Below are positions 12,624-27,096 of a stretch of DNA of 64,000 bases, piece after piece; position 1 is the stretch's first letter, and the number at the start of each line of letters is the position of its first letter. The notes beneath the pieces were generated by a model, which searched no databases, was not told the origin of the DNA, and saw nothing but the letters and a program-made list of their open reading frames with translations. Source of the stretch: Eledone cirrhosa (lineage: Eukaryota); the NCBI GenBank assembly GCA_964016885.1, contig OZ024744.1:108996001-109060000 (forward strand), written 5' to 3'. A program made the position numbers and the translations under genes.

Positions 12624-12841
12624 CAATATATATATATATATATATCATAAATCATGTCCTTAGAATCACTAGATAAAATATATACCATTTCCTCTCCCAA
12701 TTAGCATAATTAACCATATAAAAAATCAATTAGACTAAGCTATAAGAATAAAGGCTCCTATGAAGAAATTTTCGACAAATAACCGCAAGCGGCCTCTTCG
12801 CGGTGGCTCTAACTGGATTACCTATAACAATATTTGTTATC

Positions 12842-12881
<40 letters not shown>

Positions 12882-12913
12882 ATTATTATGTAATAAACAA
12901 CATAAGGCAATTA

Positions 12914-12973
12914 TTCCATTTACCAGTGGTTTCTTAAAAGCAAAAGGTTTTGCTTTCAATCCTCAGAATGAAA
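12914..12973 (-). ncRNA. Type I hammerhead ribozyme motif (left arm of palindrome)
   Basis: Exact reverse complement of 13059-13118. Confidence 0.85.
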
Positions 12974-13058
12974 AATCCTGGTTTGTTTATTGAATATGGA
13001 TTCTATTGAATATGGATTCAGGTTTTTAGAATCCATATTCAATAAACAAACCAGGATT

Positions 13059-13118
13059 TTTCATTCTGAGGATTGAAAGCAAAACCTTTTGCTTTTAAGA
13101 AACCACTGGTAAATGGAA
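13059..13118 (+). ncRNA. Type I hammerhead ribozyme motif (right arm of palindrome)
   Basis: TTTCATT CTGAGGA TTGAAAGCAAA-ACCT-TTTGCTTTTAA GAAAC CA-C-TG GTA AATGGAA. 7-bp stem I, 11-bp stem II, near-palindromic stem III, GTA triplet at 13109-13111. Confidence 0.87.
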
Positions 13119-13859
13119 TAATTGCCTTATGTTGTTTATTACATAATAATAATAATTAAGCTCTGTTGCATACATAGAGCACTCTTTTTTCCTGGACTTT
13201 TCCGATGGAATTACTTCATTTATATATATATCTATATATATATATAAGGGATAGCAAATATTGTTATAGGTAATCCAGTTAGAGGTTATGAAAACTTTGT
13301 ATTATGGATAGTTTTAACGTACAGTGTTGTTTGACTCAACAAGGGGTTTATGAGTTATCTCCGATGATCTGGTTAAGCTAACAACGTAATGGCTGTGAAG
13401 TAACAAGCCAGGCAGCCGAAAAATCGGCCAAGCTAAACAGGTTAACAAAAATTTTTTTACCTGAACCTTCCTGGGACTTGGTGGTAAAATCCAGTGGGAG
13501 GTTTCTGTGACTCCTAAATCAAGTATAATGTCTGCTTTCGTTGTAAGCTTTTGGTATAATAATCGAACAAGGTAGACACTTTGTCAACAGGTTTTTGCTC
13601 TCAACCGCCTACGGGTTCAAATGAAGCATTAGTGAAGCCACTACCTCAAGGGGTTACTTTGCAAAGGAGGTAATCCCTGCTTTTGGCGGATGTATTCAAA
13701 ATGTGTAAAGGAATTGCAAAAAATAGCAAAAAACAGCACAAATCGAAGTAGGCTCTTGACCGGTTTGTTTTTAAATAAACTTAAGCAATTAATCAGTCAA
13801 TAGAATTGTCTAATTGAATTAACTAATTATTTGCTAGGCCCAGGAGATAGATAGATATA

Positions 13860-14206
13860 TTTCTTTATTAGCCACAAGGGCGCAACAAGAAAAGGGGACA
13901 ATACAAAGACACATGCCGGGGATTTTACATACATTCGTGTAAAAATATTATTAAAACAAACAAATTTAACAATTGAAATCCCCAATAGGGGGGAGGCGCC
14001 ACAAATGGGTTGTTTAATACCCTGTCGATAGAAGAACCCTCAACTTCAGGAGCGTGTTGTGCAAGTGGCTCCTTTCTTCCTTTTGCTCTCTTCTTCAACT
14101 TACAGGTTTATATACTCGGGCCATTTTTGCCACAATCACCCACCTTTCAGTAAATTTACTGGGGTGCAGTGCCTCTCTCTCCACTCTGATTCTCCTTCTA
14201 AAATGG
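13860..14206 (-). mobile_element. Tx1/L1-like LINE 3' end
   Basis: Minus translation HFRRRIRVEREALHPSKFTERWVIVAKMARV* is homologous to the end of 21421-22370. The 3' UTR ends GTGGCTAATAAAGAAA between (GATA)n tracts. Confidence 0.7.
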
Positions 14207-14859
14207 ATAGATGATAGATAGATATATAAATAGATAGATAGACAGACAGATATGTAGATAGGTAGATAGATAGGCAGACTGGCTGGCTGGCAGATTTATC
14301 TATTTATCTGTCCATCTATCTATCCACAGTTACATTTGCACACACACACATGCATACACACACACATACATACACACATATGCACACAACACATATATGC
14401 ACATACAAACATATGTATGTATATATATGTATGTGTATTTATATATTTATAAGTTATATAAGTACTTCTATTTTTGTATGTTGCGGCTTCATTTATTGGG
14501 TCTAATTTTGTTCCCTAAGAAATATAAAACATAAACCCCCCTCCTATTACATAGTAGGTAATGAAGTTTAGGTTAAGAGGCTTAAATTACTTAAGTATTA
14601 ATACTCGAGGGGCTTACCAAAATAAAAGTCAGTTTACAGGTAATTGGTGATCTAGGTTAAGTTTTTACTTGGAATAAAGAGATTAAGAGCATGGCATGTG
14701 ACCTACTTTATTAACAGCACTATTTCATTATTACAATATTACTCTTTCATTGTTGTTGTTGCTTTCTCTATTTTTATTCCAACATATTTTGTTTTCTTTC
14801 CTATCATATCTAAACCTTTGTTGTTGTTGTTACTGTTGCTGTTGTTGAGGTAGTGGTAT

Positions 14860-15726
14860 TGTTACTGGAGGTAGTGGTAGTGGTAGTGTTGATGGAGGTA
14901 GTGTAGTGGTAGTGTTGATGGAGGTAGTGTAGTGGTAGTGGTAGTGTTGATGGAGGTAGTGTAGTGGTAGTGTTGATGGAGGTAGTGTAGTGGTAGTGTT
15001 GATGGAGGTAGTGTAGTGGTAGTGTTGATGGAGGTAGTGTAGTGGTAGTGGTAGTGTTGATGGAGGTAGTGTAGTGGTAGTGTTGATGGAGGTAGTGTAG
15101 TGGTAGTGTTGATGGAGGTAGTGTAGTGGTAGTGTTGATGGAGGTAGTGTAGTGGTAGTGTTGATGGAGGTAGTGTAGTGGTAGTGGTAGTGTTGATGGA
15201 GGTAGTGTAGTGGTAGTGTTGATGGAGGTAGTGTAGTGGTAGTGTTGATGGAGGTAGTGTAGTGGTAGTGGTAGTGTTAATGGAGGTAGTGTAGTGGTAG
15301 TGTTGATGGAGGTAGTGTAGTGGTAGTGTTGATGGAGGTAGTGTAGTGGTAGTGGTAGTGTTGATGGAGGTAGTGTAGTGGTAGTGTTGATGGAGGTAGT
15401 GGTAGTGGTAGTGTTGATGGAGGTAGTGTAGTGGTAGTGGTAGTGTTGATGGAGGTAGTGTAGTGGTAGTGTTGATGGAGGTAGTGGTAGTGGTAGTGTT
15501 GATGGAGGTAGTGTAGTGGTAGTGTTGATGGAGGTAGTGGTAGTGTTGATGGAGGTAGTGTAGTGGTAGTGTTGATGGAGGTAGTGGTAGTGGTAGTGTT
15601 GATGGAGGTAGTGTAGTGGTAGTGGTAGTGTTGATGGAGGTAGTGTAGTGGTAGTGGTAGTGTTGATGGAGGTAGTGTAGTGGTAGTGGTAGTGTTGATG
15701 GAGGTAGTGTAGTGGTAGTGTTGATG
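14860..15726. repeat. GT-rich minisatellite, 26-bp unit with 32-bp variants
   Basis: GTAGTGTTGATGGAGGTAGTGTAGTG repeated about 30 times with an optional extra GTAGTG. Confidence 0.95.
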
Positions 15727-15732
15727 TTGTTA

Positions 15733-16310
15733 TGGATTGGCAGCGTTCTTAGAGTATCAGCTAAATGCTTAACAGTATTTCTTTATATTCTGAGTTCAAA
15801 TCTTGCCAAGATGAACTTTGCCTTTCATCTTACTGGCATCAATTTAATCAACTTTCCCCTCCCCCAAAATTACAGGCCTTCTGCCAATGTTAGGAAGAAT
15901 TATTATCATGTTTTGCTGTAAGGGCGGTGGATTGGCAGTATCGGTCGAGAGTCAGACACCATGCTTTGCAGCAAAGAGTTACGGTCCTTTACGGTCTGAG
16001 TTCAAATCCCACCGAGGTTAACTTTGCCTTTCATCCTTACAGGGTTGATAAAATAAAGCATCAGTAATGTACTGGGGTCGTTTTAATCGACCTTCCCCTC
16101 CCCCTAAATTACTGGCCTAGAAATCATTATCATGCTTTGTTGTATTTTGTTCCATCCAGCACTTTACATTCTGAGTTCAAATCCCACTGAATTCAGCTTT
16201 ACCTTTCTTCCTTCAGGGGCTGTAAATTAAAGTACCAGTCATGTACTGAAGTTGATTTAATCAAATTTAACCCCTCTTTCCAATTGCTGATATTGTACCT
16301 AAATTAGTCT
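15733..16310 (+). mobile_element. Three adjacent copies of tRNA-derived SINE family B
   Basis: GGATTGGCAG head, B box GAGTTCAAATCC, central TTTGCCTTTCATCCTT..GGGTTGATAAAATAAAGTACCAG. Copies at about 15733, 15921 and 16160. Confidence 0.8.
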
Positions 16311-16888
16311 TATTTTCATTGCATGCTGTCACTACATTACCGAGTACATCTCTACGTACCTTGGGTAGTGTTGTTGTTTCTATTGAGTGTATTTTGTAAT
16401 ATGTGTTAAGTACCTGGTAGAGCTATTGTTTGTATGTTGTATGTATTTGTATGTCTGTTTCATCACTACCTATTATTGTAGGGATTGTGGCTGTGTTTAC
16501 CATCCACATTCTCGTGATTTCTATCTCCAAATCTTTATATTTGGATAATTTCTCTATTTCTTTGTGATGCCTTTCTTGAGACAAGAATTCAACATCTCTG
16601 AGAAGAACTGTTTAGAACTGTTGAAGGTTGTTCCTGATTAATGGAAATGTTTGAAAGTCGGAGAAGAAAACCATTATTATTGCAGTGGAATATATTTTTG
16701 TTGATTGAATTATAGTTAACCCTGGAACTGAATTTAACAGAGGTTCTAACATAAAATTAAAGTGGAAGGTTTTGGGATAAATATATGCACTTTAACTCTT
16801 TCATTACCATATTTAATTATGAAAGACACTGCCTATGGTCTTTAAATAATTTCGAAAATAGTCAAGAATTTGGAAGGATTTAGTAATA

Positions 16889-17074
16889 CAGGTAAAATTC
16901 CGTTATAACAAATACCATTATAAGGAATTTTTCAGTATAACAACATTTTTTCTGTCCCTGAGGTAATAACAAATAAACGCTTGTTTTGTTTCAGTCGATC
17001 TCGTTATAAAGAATTTTTCTTTACAACAAATTGTTTTTATACCCCATGAATTTCATTATAACGGAATTTTACTG
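16889..17074. mobile_element. Tc1/mariner (Tigger-like) MITE
   Basis: TIRs CAG(G)TAAAATTCCGTTATAA / TTATAACGGAATTTTACTG flanked by TA on both sides. Lies within an older element starting TTAACTCTTTCATTACCATA at ~16792. Confidence 0.8.
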
Positions 17075-17851
17075 TATAACTAACTTTCTCATTATTTATT
17101 TAGTGTTTGGGTCATAATTATATATATTATATAAATATACACATTTTTAAGTAAACAGTTTTATATATTAGAACCAGGGACAATTTCAAGGAGCAGTCCA
17201 CACTGTAAATATGGTTGGCATTTGGAAGGGCATCCAGTGATAGAAACCAAGGGTTTAATCTTATCTTTTGAATTATTACAAAGAGGATCCTTCAGTTGTC
17301 TCAAAGACACAAAAACCTTCCTTGTGTTGGTGATCGACTGTATCAACCCAGTTCACTCTGTAAAGTTGTTGGTAATAGGAAGAACAACCAGATGTAGAAA
17401 ATGTACCAAACAAAGGGTCAGGAGGACTCTTTGTCAAAGATGTGACACACTTTCTTGTGCTTGTGTCCAGATAAAATGTACTTGATAAAGTACAGGAACA
17501 TATGTAAATGAGATGTAGGGTCATCTGAGAGGTCCATAGCTGTACTTGAGTGCTGACTCAATTTATGAAGTTCCGTTCAACCTTTTCTAGCAGGGAAGAC
17601 AGGCATTAAATGATGATGATGATGGTTACCTTAGCATTTACCATTATTTGATTGTATTTCAATGGAACTATGTCTCTGACAATTGAGGATAAGGTGGTAG
17701 TATACACCATGCTTTCACCAAGTGTTTTAGTCTCGAGCAGATATAGACACCTTCTTTTTACATGCCTGCCTTTCATCTGTTGAAACATCCAGGATGACAG
17801 CTGGAAGGAGAGAAAGCTGCCCCACCCTTTCTTTAACAACACCAAAAGGAT

Positions 17852-20800
17852 GTGACTGACAGATAGTATCAGTAATGGAAAGACCAATAGAAACATTGTT
17901 TCTTTGGTCTGATCTGATGATCAGCTCCTTTCTACTGCCAGGAGTTGTGACTGACAGATAGTATCAGTAATGGAAAGACTAATAGAAACATTGTTTATTT
18001 GGTCTGATCTGATGATCAGTTCCTTTCTACTGCCAGGAGTTGTGACTGACAGATAGTATCAGTAATGGAAAGACCAATAGAAACATTGTTTCTTTGGTCT
18101 GATCTGATGATCAGCTCCTTTCTTCTGCCAGGAGTTGTACCTGACAGATAGTATCAGTAATGGAAAGACCAATAGAAACATTGTTTCTTTGGTCTGATCT
18201 GATGATCAGCTCCTTTCTTCTGCCAGGAGTTGTGACTGACAGATAGTATCAGTAATGGAAAGACCAATAGAAACATTGTTTCTTTGGTCTGATCTGATGA
18301 TCAGCTCCTTTCTACTGCCAGGAGTTGTGACTGACAGATAGTATCAGTAATGGAAAGACCAATAGAAACATTGTTTCTTTGGTCTGATCTGATGATCAGC
18401 TCCTTTCTTCTGCCAGGAGTTGTGACTGACAGATAGTATCAGTAATGGAAAGACCAATAGAAACATTGTTTCTTTGGTCTGATCTGATGATCAGCTCCTT
18501 TCTACTGCCAGGAGTTGTGACTGACAGATAGTATCAGTAATGGAAAGACCAATAGAAACATTGTTTCTTTGGTCTGATCTGATGATCAGCTCCTTTCTTC
18601 TGCCAGGAGTTGTACCTGACAGATAGTATCAGTAATGGAAAGACCAATGGAAACATTGTTTCTTTGGTCTGATCTGATGATCAGCTCCTTTCTACTGCCA
18701 GGAGTTGTGACTGACAGATAGTATCAGTAATGGAAAGACCAATAGAAACATTGTTTCTTTAGTCTGATCTGATGATCAGCTCCTTTCTTCTGCCAGGAGT
18801 TGTACCTGACAGATAGTATCAGTAATGGAAAGACCAATGGAAACATTGTTTCTTTGGTCTGATCTGATGATCAGCTCCTTTCTACTGCCAGGAGTTGTGA
18901 CTGACAGATAGTATCAGTAATGGACAGACTAATGGAAACAGTGTTTCTTTGGTCTGATCTGATGATCAGCTCCTTTCTACTGCCAGGAGTTGTGACTGAC
19001 AGATAGTATCAGTAATGGAAAGACTAAAGGAAACATTGTTTCTTTGGTCTGATCTGATGATCAGCTCCTTTCTACTGCCAGGAGTTGTGACTGACAGATA
19101 GTATCAGTAATGGAAAGACCAATAGAAACAGTGTTTCTTTGGTCTGATCTGATGATCAGTTCCTTTCTACTGCCAGGAGTTGTGACTGACAGATAGTATC
19201 AGTAATGGAAAGACTAAAGGAAACATTGTTTCTTTGGTCTGATCTGATGATCAGCTCCTTTCTACTGCCAGGAGTTGTGACTGACAGATAGTATCAGTAA
19301 TGGAAAGACCAATGGAAACATTGTTTCTTTGGTCTGATCTGATGATCAGTTCCTTTCTACTGCCAGGAGTTGTGACTGACAGATAGTATCAGTAATGGAA
19401 AGACCAATAGAAACATTGTTTCTTTGGTCTGATCTGATGATCAGCTCCTTTCTACTGCCAGGAGTTGTACCTGACAGATAGTATCAGTAATGGAAAGACC
19501 AATGGAAACATTGTTTCTTTGGTCTGATCTGATGATCAACTCCTTTCTACTGCCAGGAGTTGTGACTGACAGATAGTATCAGTAATGGAAAGACCAATAG
19601 AAACATTGTTTCTTTGGTCTGATCTGATGATCAGCTCCTTTCTACTGCCAGGAGTTGTACCTGACAGATAGTATCAGTAATGGAAAGACCAATGGAAACA
19701 TTGTTTCTTTGGTCTGATCTGATGATCAGCTCCTTTCTACTGCCAGGAGTTGTGACAGACAGATAGTATCAGTAATAGAAAGACCAATGGAAACATTGCT
19801 TCTTTGGTCTGATCTGATGATCAGCTCCTTTCTACTGCCAGGAGTTGTGACTGACAGATAGTATCAGTAATGGAAAGACTAAAGGAAACATTGTTTCTTT
19901 GGTCTGATCTGATGATCAGCTCCTTTCTTCTGCCAGGAGTTGTGACTGACAGATAGTATCAGTAATGGAAAGACCAATGGAAACATTGTTTCTTTGGTCT
20001 GATCTGATGATCAGTTCCTTTCTACTGCCAGGAGTTGTGACTGACAGATAGTATCAGTAATGGAAAGACCAATAGAAACAGTGTTTCTTTGGTCTGATCT
20101 GATGATCAGTTCCTTTCTACTGCCAGGAGTTGTGACTGACAGATAGTATCAGTAATGGAAAGACCAATGGAAACATTGTTTCTTTGGTCTGATCTGATGA
20201 TCAGCTCCTTTCTACTGCCAGGAGTTGTGACTGACAGATAGTATCAGTAATGGAAAGACTAAAGGAAACATAGTTTCTTTGGTCTGATCTGATGATCAGC
20301 TCCTTTCTTCTGCCAGGAGTTGTGACTGACAGATAGTATCAGTAATGGAAAGACCAATGGAAACATTGTTTCTTTGGTCTGATCTGATGATCAGTTCCTT
20401 TCTACTGCCAGGAGTTGTGACTGACAGATAGTATCAGTAATGGAAAGACCAATAGAAACAGTGTTTCTTTGGTCTGATCTGATGATCAGTTCCTTTCTAC
20501 TGCCAGGAGTTGTGACTGACAGATAGTATCAGTAATGGAAAGACCAATAGAAACAGTGTTTCTTTGGTCTGATCTGATGATCAGTTCCTTTCTACTGCCA
20601 GTAGTTGTGACTGACAGATAGTATCAGTAATGGAAAGACCAATGGAAAACATTGTTTCTTTGGTCTGATCTGATGATCAGCTCCTTTCTACTGCCAGGAG
20701 TTGTGACTGACAGATAGTATCAGTAATGGAAAGACCAATAGAAACAGTGTTTCTTTGGTCTGATCTGATGATCAGCTCCTTTCTTCTGCCAGGAGTTGTG

Positions 20801-21058
20801 ACTGACAGATAGTATCAGTAATGGAAAGACCAATGGAAACATTGTTTCTTTGGTCTGATCTGATGATCAGTTCCTTTCTACTGCCAGGAGTTGTGACTGA
20901 CAGATAGTATCAGTAATGGAAAGACCAATAGAAACAGTGTTTTCTTTGGTCTGATCTGATGATCAGTTCCTTTCTACTGCCAGGAGTTGTGACTGACAGA
21001 TAGTATCAGTAATGGAAAGACCAATGGAAACATTATTTCTTTGGTCTGATCTGATGAT
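17852..21058. repeat. 95-bp tandem satellite, about 34 copies, hairpin-rich unit
   Basis: Unit GTGACTGACAGATAGTATCAGTAATGGAAAGACCAATAGAAACATTGTTTCTTTGGTCTGATCTGATGATCAGCTCCTTTCTACTGCCAGGAGTT. Period 17852 to 17947. Confidence 0.97.
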
Positions 21059-21069
21059 TTTTAAATATT

Positions 21070-21420
21070 ATCAGTGCCTGTTCCTGTGCTGCAAAAATAA
21101 GGGCCTCAGTTTCAACTTTTAAGTCACTTTTCCTAGTCCATTCCCAGCTGCTATCTTTGTCAACTCTCTCAGGCATTTCATGTAAGAATTCACCATTCAT
21201 TTGTTCCTTCCATCTATTCAATATGTCATTCTGTCTGTCTTATTTAAATTCTTCCTTTTCCTTTGTTTCACCCCTGTTTAGGACCTTTATCTTTCTTACT
21301 TCTGCCATCAATCTCTCCTTTGAATTCTTTACATACCATCCCAGATTATTTTCCTTTGACTTCACACACATTTCACAGCTAATGAGACCCCTTTCTAATT
21401 TCTGTCACAATAGATACAAC
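21070..21420 (-). mobile_element. R4/Dong-type LINE fragment (post-RT region)
   Basis: WKEQMNGEF...SWEWTRKSDLKVETEALIFAAQEQAL is typical of RLE-bearing R4-clade ORFs. Confidence 0.75.
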
Positions 21421-22370
21421 CTGAGGGCAGAGGTGGTGAACACATGCATCACATCCGTCATCTACTACCGCCTGATCATCATGCCTTGTCCTTTGCTATT
21501 CCACTTCTTGTGTAAGGGACACTTTCCGATGGTCAGGTGGTCCAACTGCTGACAACAGCCCCTGCCTGGAGGACTGGGAATGCCGTGGCTAATGATGCGC
21601 AGACATGCTCTGAGGCTACGACATCTCTATCTTTTCCTTAATAGTGAATAGGTGTGGTCGCCGTTCACCAGATGCATGTTGTCCTAGCTTGTATCTTTAA
21701 CAGAGCTACAGTCCTGGGTCAAGTGGAGACCGAGGCAGAGCGCTTGGAATGTCTTCAGTAGCTTACAGCCCTTCAACAATGGGGCAATATAATTGGTGGA
21801 AACAACAGCTTGGCGTTCTGAAGAGAGTTAGTGGCAGATAAAAGTAACAACGTTCTTTGGGGAACTCTAGACATCAACAAAAATCAACTAGCCACTCTTT
21901 TCAGGGTCCATGGATAATTTCCAGAAATCCCTGGCCTGGCTGTGCTGCTGTGGAGCTTTGCCAGTTTGAGATAAACTCTACAGGACATGGAAATGTCGTC
22001 AGCTGGGTCTGTCCGAGATGCGAGCAGGATGATTTCGTTGTGCTGCACGCAATCAAGTGTCCAAGCATTGCTGACTTGAGGGTTTATGTCGAACACCTGC
22101 TGTTACATGTAGGAAAAATTTGGTTATCAACCGAGTCCATTGTGAAGATTGTCCCACCCCCTTCTCAAGAAGGGCAGGCCGTTTTTATATTTCTTGTGGT
22201 CATGGTAAAGAGGTTGTATGGTGGACACGCTTGAAAGGTTTGAAGACAAGCACTTTCCTCTTTGGAGAAACCCTGAGTAACTTCTTCAGATTCCACTTGA
22301 GAAGGAAAATAAGGGTAGAGAGAGAGAAGTGCTGCCTTCAAAGCAATTTGTTGAAAGGTGGGTGAGAGAG
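21421..22370 (+). mobile_element. Tx1/L1-like LINE ORF2 C-terminal remnant
   Basis: CPRCEQDDFVVLHAIKCP zinc-knuckle-like motif, KEVVWWTR, FHLRRKIRVERE. Many stops and frameshifts. Confidence 0.7.
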
Positions 22371-22555
22371 GTTTGTTTCTTTTTTTTTTTTATTACAATC
22401 CTCTGTTTTTGTTTTTGATATATATATATATATATATATAATTTTGTTATATTTTTTACATGTAGAAATGGCCGCTTGTACCATCCTGTACCTTCCTGTG
22501 ATGTCCTTAATGTTATACTTTATGTTAACCCTTGTGGTTATTAAAGAAAGCATTC

Positions 22556-22845
22556 CCCGCCGAGGTTAACTTTGCCTTTCATCCTTATCTATCTATCTAA
22601 GGCGGGTAAAATTCCCGAGATCCATGGACGAGTTCTCTCCAGCGGTCTCTGTCCCTCATTATCGCTGCCATATTCCTGCGTCTCCAACAGACCAGTGTCT
22701 GTCCTTAGGGCATCAACATACGTTAACCTTGGTCTTCCTCTTCTAGTGTGTCCATAAAATAAAGTGTCGATAAAATAAAGTATCAGTAACGTACTGGGGT
22801 AATTGCTGGCCTTCTGCCAAAAATAGAAACATTATTATTATTATA
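22556..22845 (+). mobile_element. SINE family B interrupted by an antisense RTE 3' end (22587-22757)
   Basis: SINE B central domain split after TTTCATCCTT. The insert encodes GRPRLTYVDALRTDTGL on the minus strand with a (GATA)n tail and matches 49830-50135. Confidence 0.8.
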
Positions 22846-23159
22846 GTTGTTGTTATGGAAATATAAGTTAACCTATTTTTATTGTTGCCAAAATTACACA
22901 GGTCTATAAATAAGTGTGTATGTGTGTACACATTTGTCTGTGTGATAGTATTTTTGCTTCAATATGTGTGTGTGAGACTGTGTCTGTGTGTCCAGGTGTC
23001 CTAGTTATGCTGAATCAACTTTTTTTCCTTATTGAAACCTCCCCCCTTTGCCCCCTGCCCTCCTCCACAAACACCTTCTCCTCTCCTCTTCATTCTGCCT
23101 ATCACTGCACCCCCTCAACTAGAGCAAGAAGATTCCAGGAGTTTTCTTTTCAGTGAACA

Positions 23160-25320
<2,161 letters not shown>

Positions 25321-26278
25321 AAAAGCTACATGGTTTTACTCATGGTTCCATAGTTAAACAGAGTAGCTGACCCATCCCACACCCACCCACACATGCAAAT
25401 CAAAACTTACAATCTTAAAAAGAAAATAGCCCCTTATACAGACAGGATGGTCACATCTAGAATGCTTTGATGAATGTGTCTACTTGATCAGTGATTAACC
25501 AGAGCAACATCTTTCTAAACTAATTATTAAAGGAACCTGTATGCAGTCACTTATTCTGCAAGGAATAATAGTCAAATCTCTTTCAAACTACGTGTTTAAT
25601 GTCTTAAGAAAAAAATGAACACATTGGATAATATTGTCGAAGATTCAGTATGTCTGAATAAAAAACAGATTATTAATCACAAGTCCACACTGTAAATGTG
25701 GTTGGTGTTAGGAAGAGCATCCAGCCATAGAAAACCAGCCAGAAACAGTTGTGTATGAGCAAGACATGGTCATCTGACCTGACTTGTCTCACAAAAGGTC
25801 AACTCAACTAATCAATGCTAGCGTGGAAAAATGGACATTAAATGGTGATAAGTTCATACATGGAACAAAAGCACTATCTAAAAACAAAACTTTTAGAGTA
25901 TGGCACAAATTCAACTGATTTTTAACCACCTTTATATTAATTTATATACTTTCTTAATATCTTTTCTTTTTCCACACTTACACAATATGGTACACCTTCT
26001 ATACTATACATCTGCTATATGACACAAACTAACACGGGTAAACCTACTTTGCCATTATTTCAGTTATTTCCCTTTGTTATCCAACATTTTTATAAACAAG
26101 AATTTAACGCGCTATATTTTTAACGGTGTCTTCAAACTTGTTTAAGTGTCTGAAGACTAGGTTACATATTTGCACCCTCTTACAATCTGGAGATATAGTC
26201 AATATTGGGTCTTAAAACCTTAGGTAGTGCTTTTGTTCCATGTATGAACATAAATAATATAGTGTATGTATTTATATA

Positions 26279-26321
<43 letters not shown>

Positions 26322-26327
<6 letters not shown>

Positions 26328-27096
26328 GCATTGTGTGCAGAGGATATACGCAGACTAGAGAGAACGAAGCTTGCATGCTCCGCTGGATGTGCAATAGTAA
26401 TATACGTGAACGGCAAAGCATAAACGAACTAAGGAAAAAATTAGAAATAAGAGGGATCAGATGTTGTTTACTCGAGAGAAGGCTACGTTGGTACGGTCAC
26501 GTGATGCGCATGAAAGACGACAGCTGTATAACAAAGTGCAGGGCAATAAAGATAGACGGTAGCCACGGAGTAGGCAGACCCAGAAAAACATGGGACGAGC
26601 TCATAAATTCCGACCTCACACGCTTACACCTCTCCAAGACAATGTCACTGGACCGAGACCTTTGGCGGTACTCAGTAATAGAGAAGACCCCGCCTTACCT
26701 AAATACAAAGTAAAAACCTACTACAGTCAGTAGGCATCTCTATCAAAACACACCCCGTCCCACCACCTCCACCCCATCCACACCGCCCCTTTCAATGTAA
26801 AGTTATGTTGGTCCCACAACATCCAGGCCGAAACAAATGAGATCGTGTAGGTGTCACGACAAAAAAAAAAAACACACAGTCCACGCTGTAAATGTGGCCG
26901 TGTAGGCAACACGGTAAAAACCTCCCAGCCCCACACTGTAAATGTGGTTGGTCTTAGGAAGGGCATCCAACCGTAGAAAACCCGCCAGACAGTCCTATGC
27001 GAGCAAGACAACCACTCTTGCCTCAAGTGGGAAAACCCCCGTCCAAACCCATGCAAGCGTGGAACACGGACGCTAAACCTGATGATGATGATGATG
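26322..27096 (+). mobile_element. 5'-truncated RTE LINE with an extended SINE-like 3' UTR
   Basis: ORF end RRLRWYGHVMR...GRPRKTWDELI, then ~380 bp with SINE-type repeat units, TTAGGAAGGGCATCC and a (GAT)n tail. Collinear with 51335-52620. Confidence 0.9.

Larger units (their letters stand above)
12807..13284. repeat. Nested inverted repeat: outer arms 12807-12848/13243-13284, inner arms about 12876-13005/13027-13156
   Basis: Inner arms are exact reverse complements over ~130 bp. Outer arms are CTCTAACTGGATTACCTATAACAATATTTG(T/C)TATCCCTTATA in opposite orientations. Confidence 0.93.

Noticed and set aside
12755-12806. GCGAAGA...GAAA hammerhead-like words on the minus strand, and CCGATGA at ~13361
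   Set aside because: Core mismatches and no stem I.
17852-21058. CRISPR-like appearance of regularly spaced palindromic repeats (also the 82- and 72-bp arrays)
   Set aside because: Units are repeated in full with no unique spacers, there are no cas genes, and the DNA is eukaryotic.
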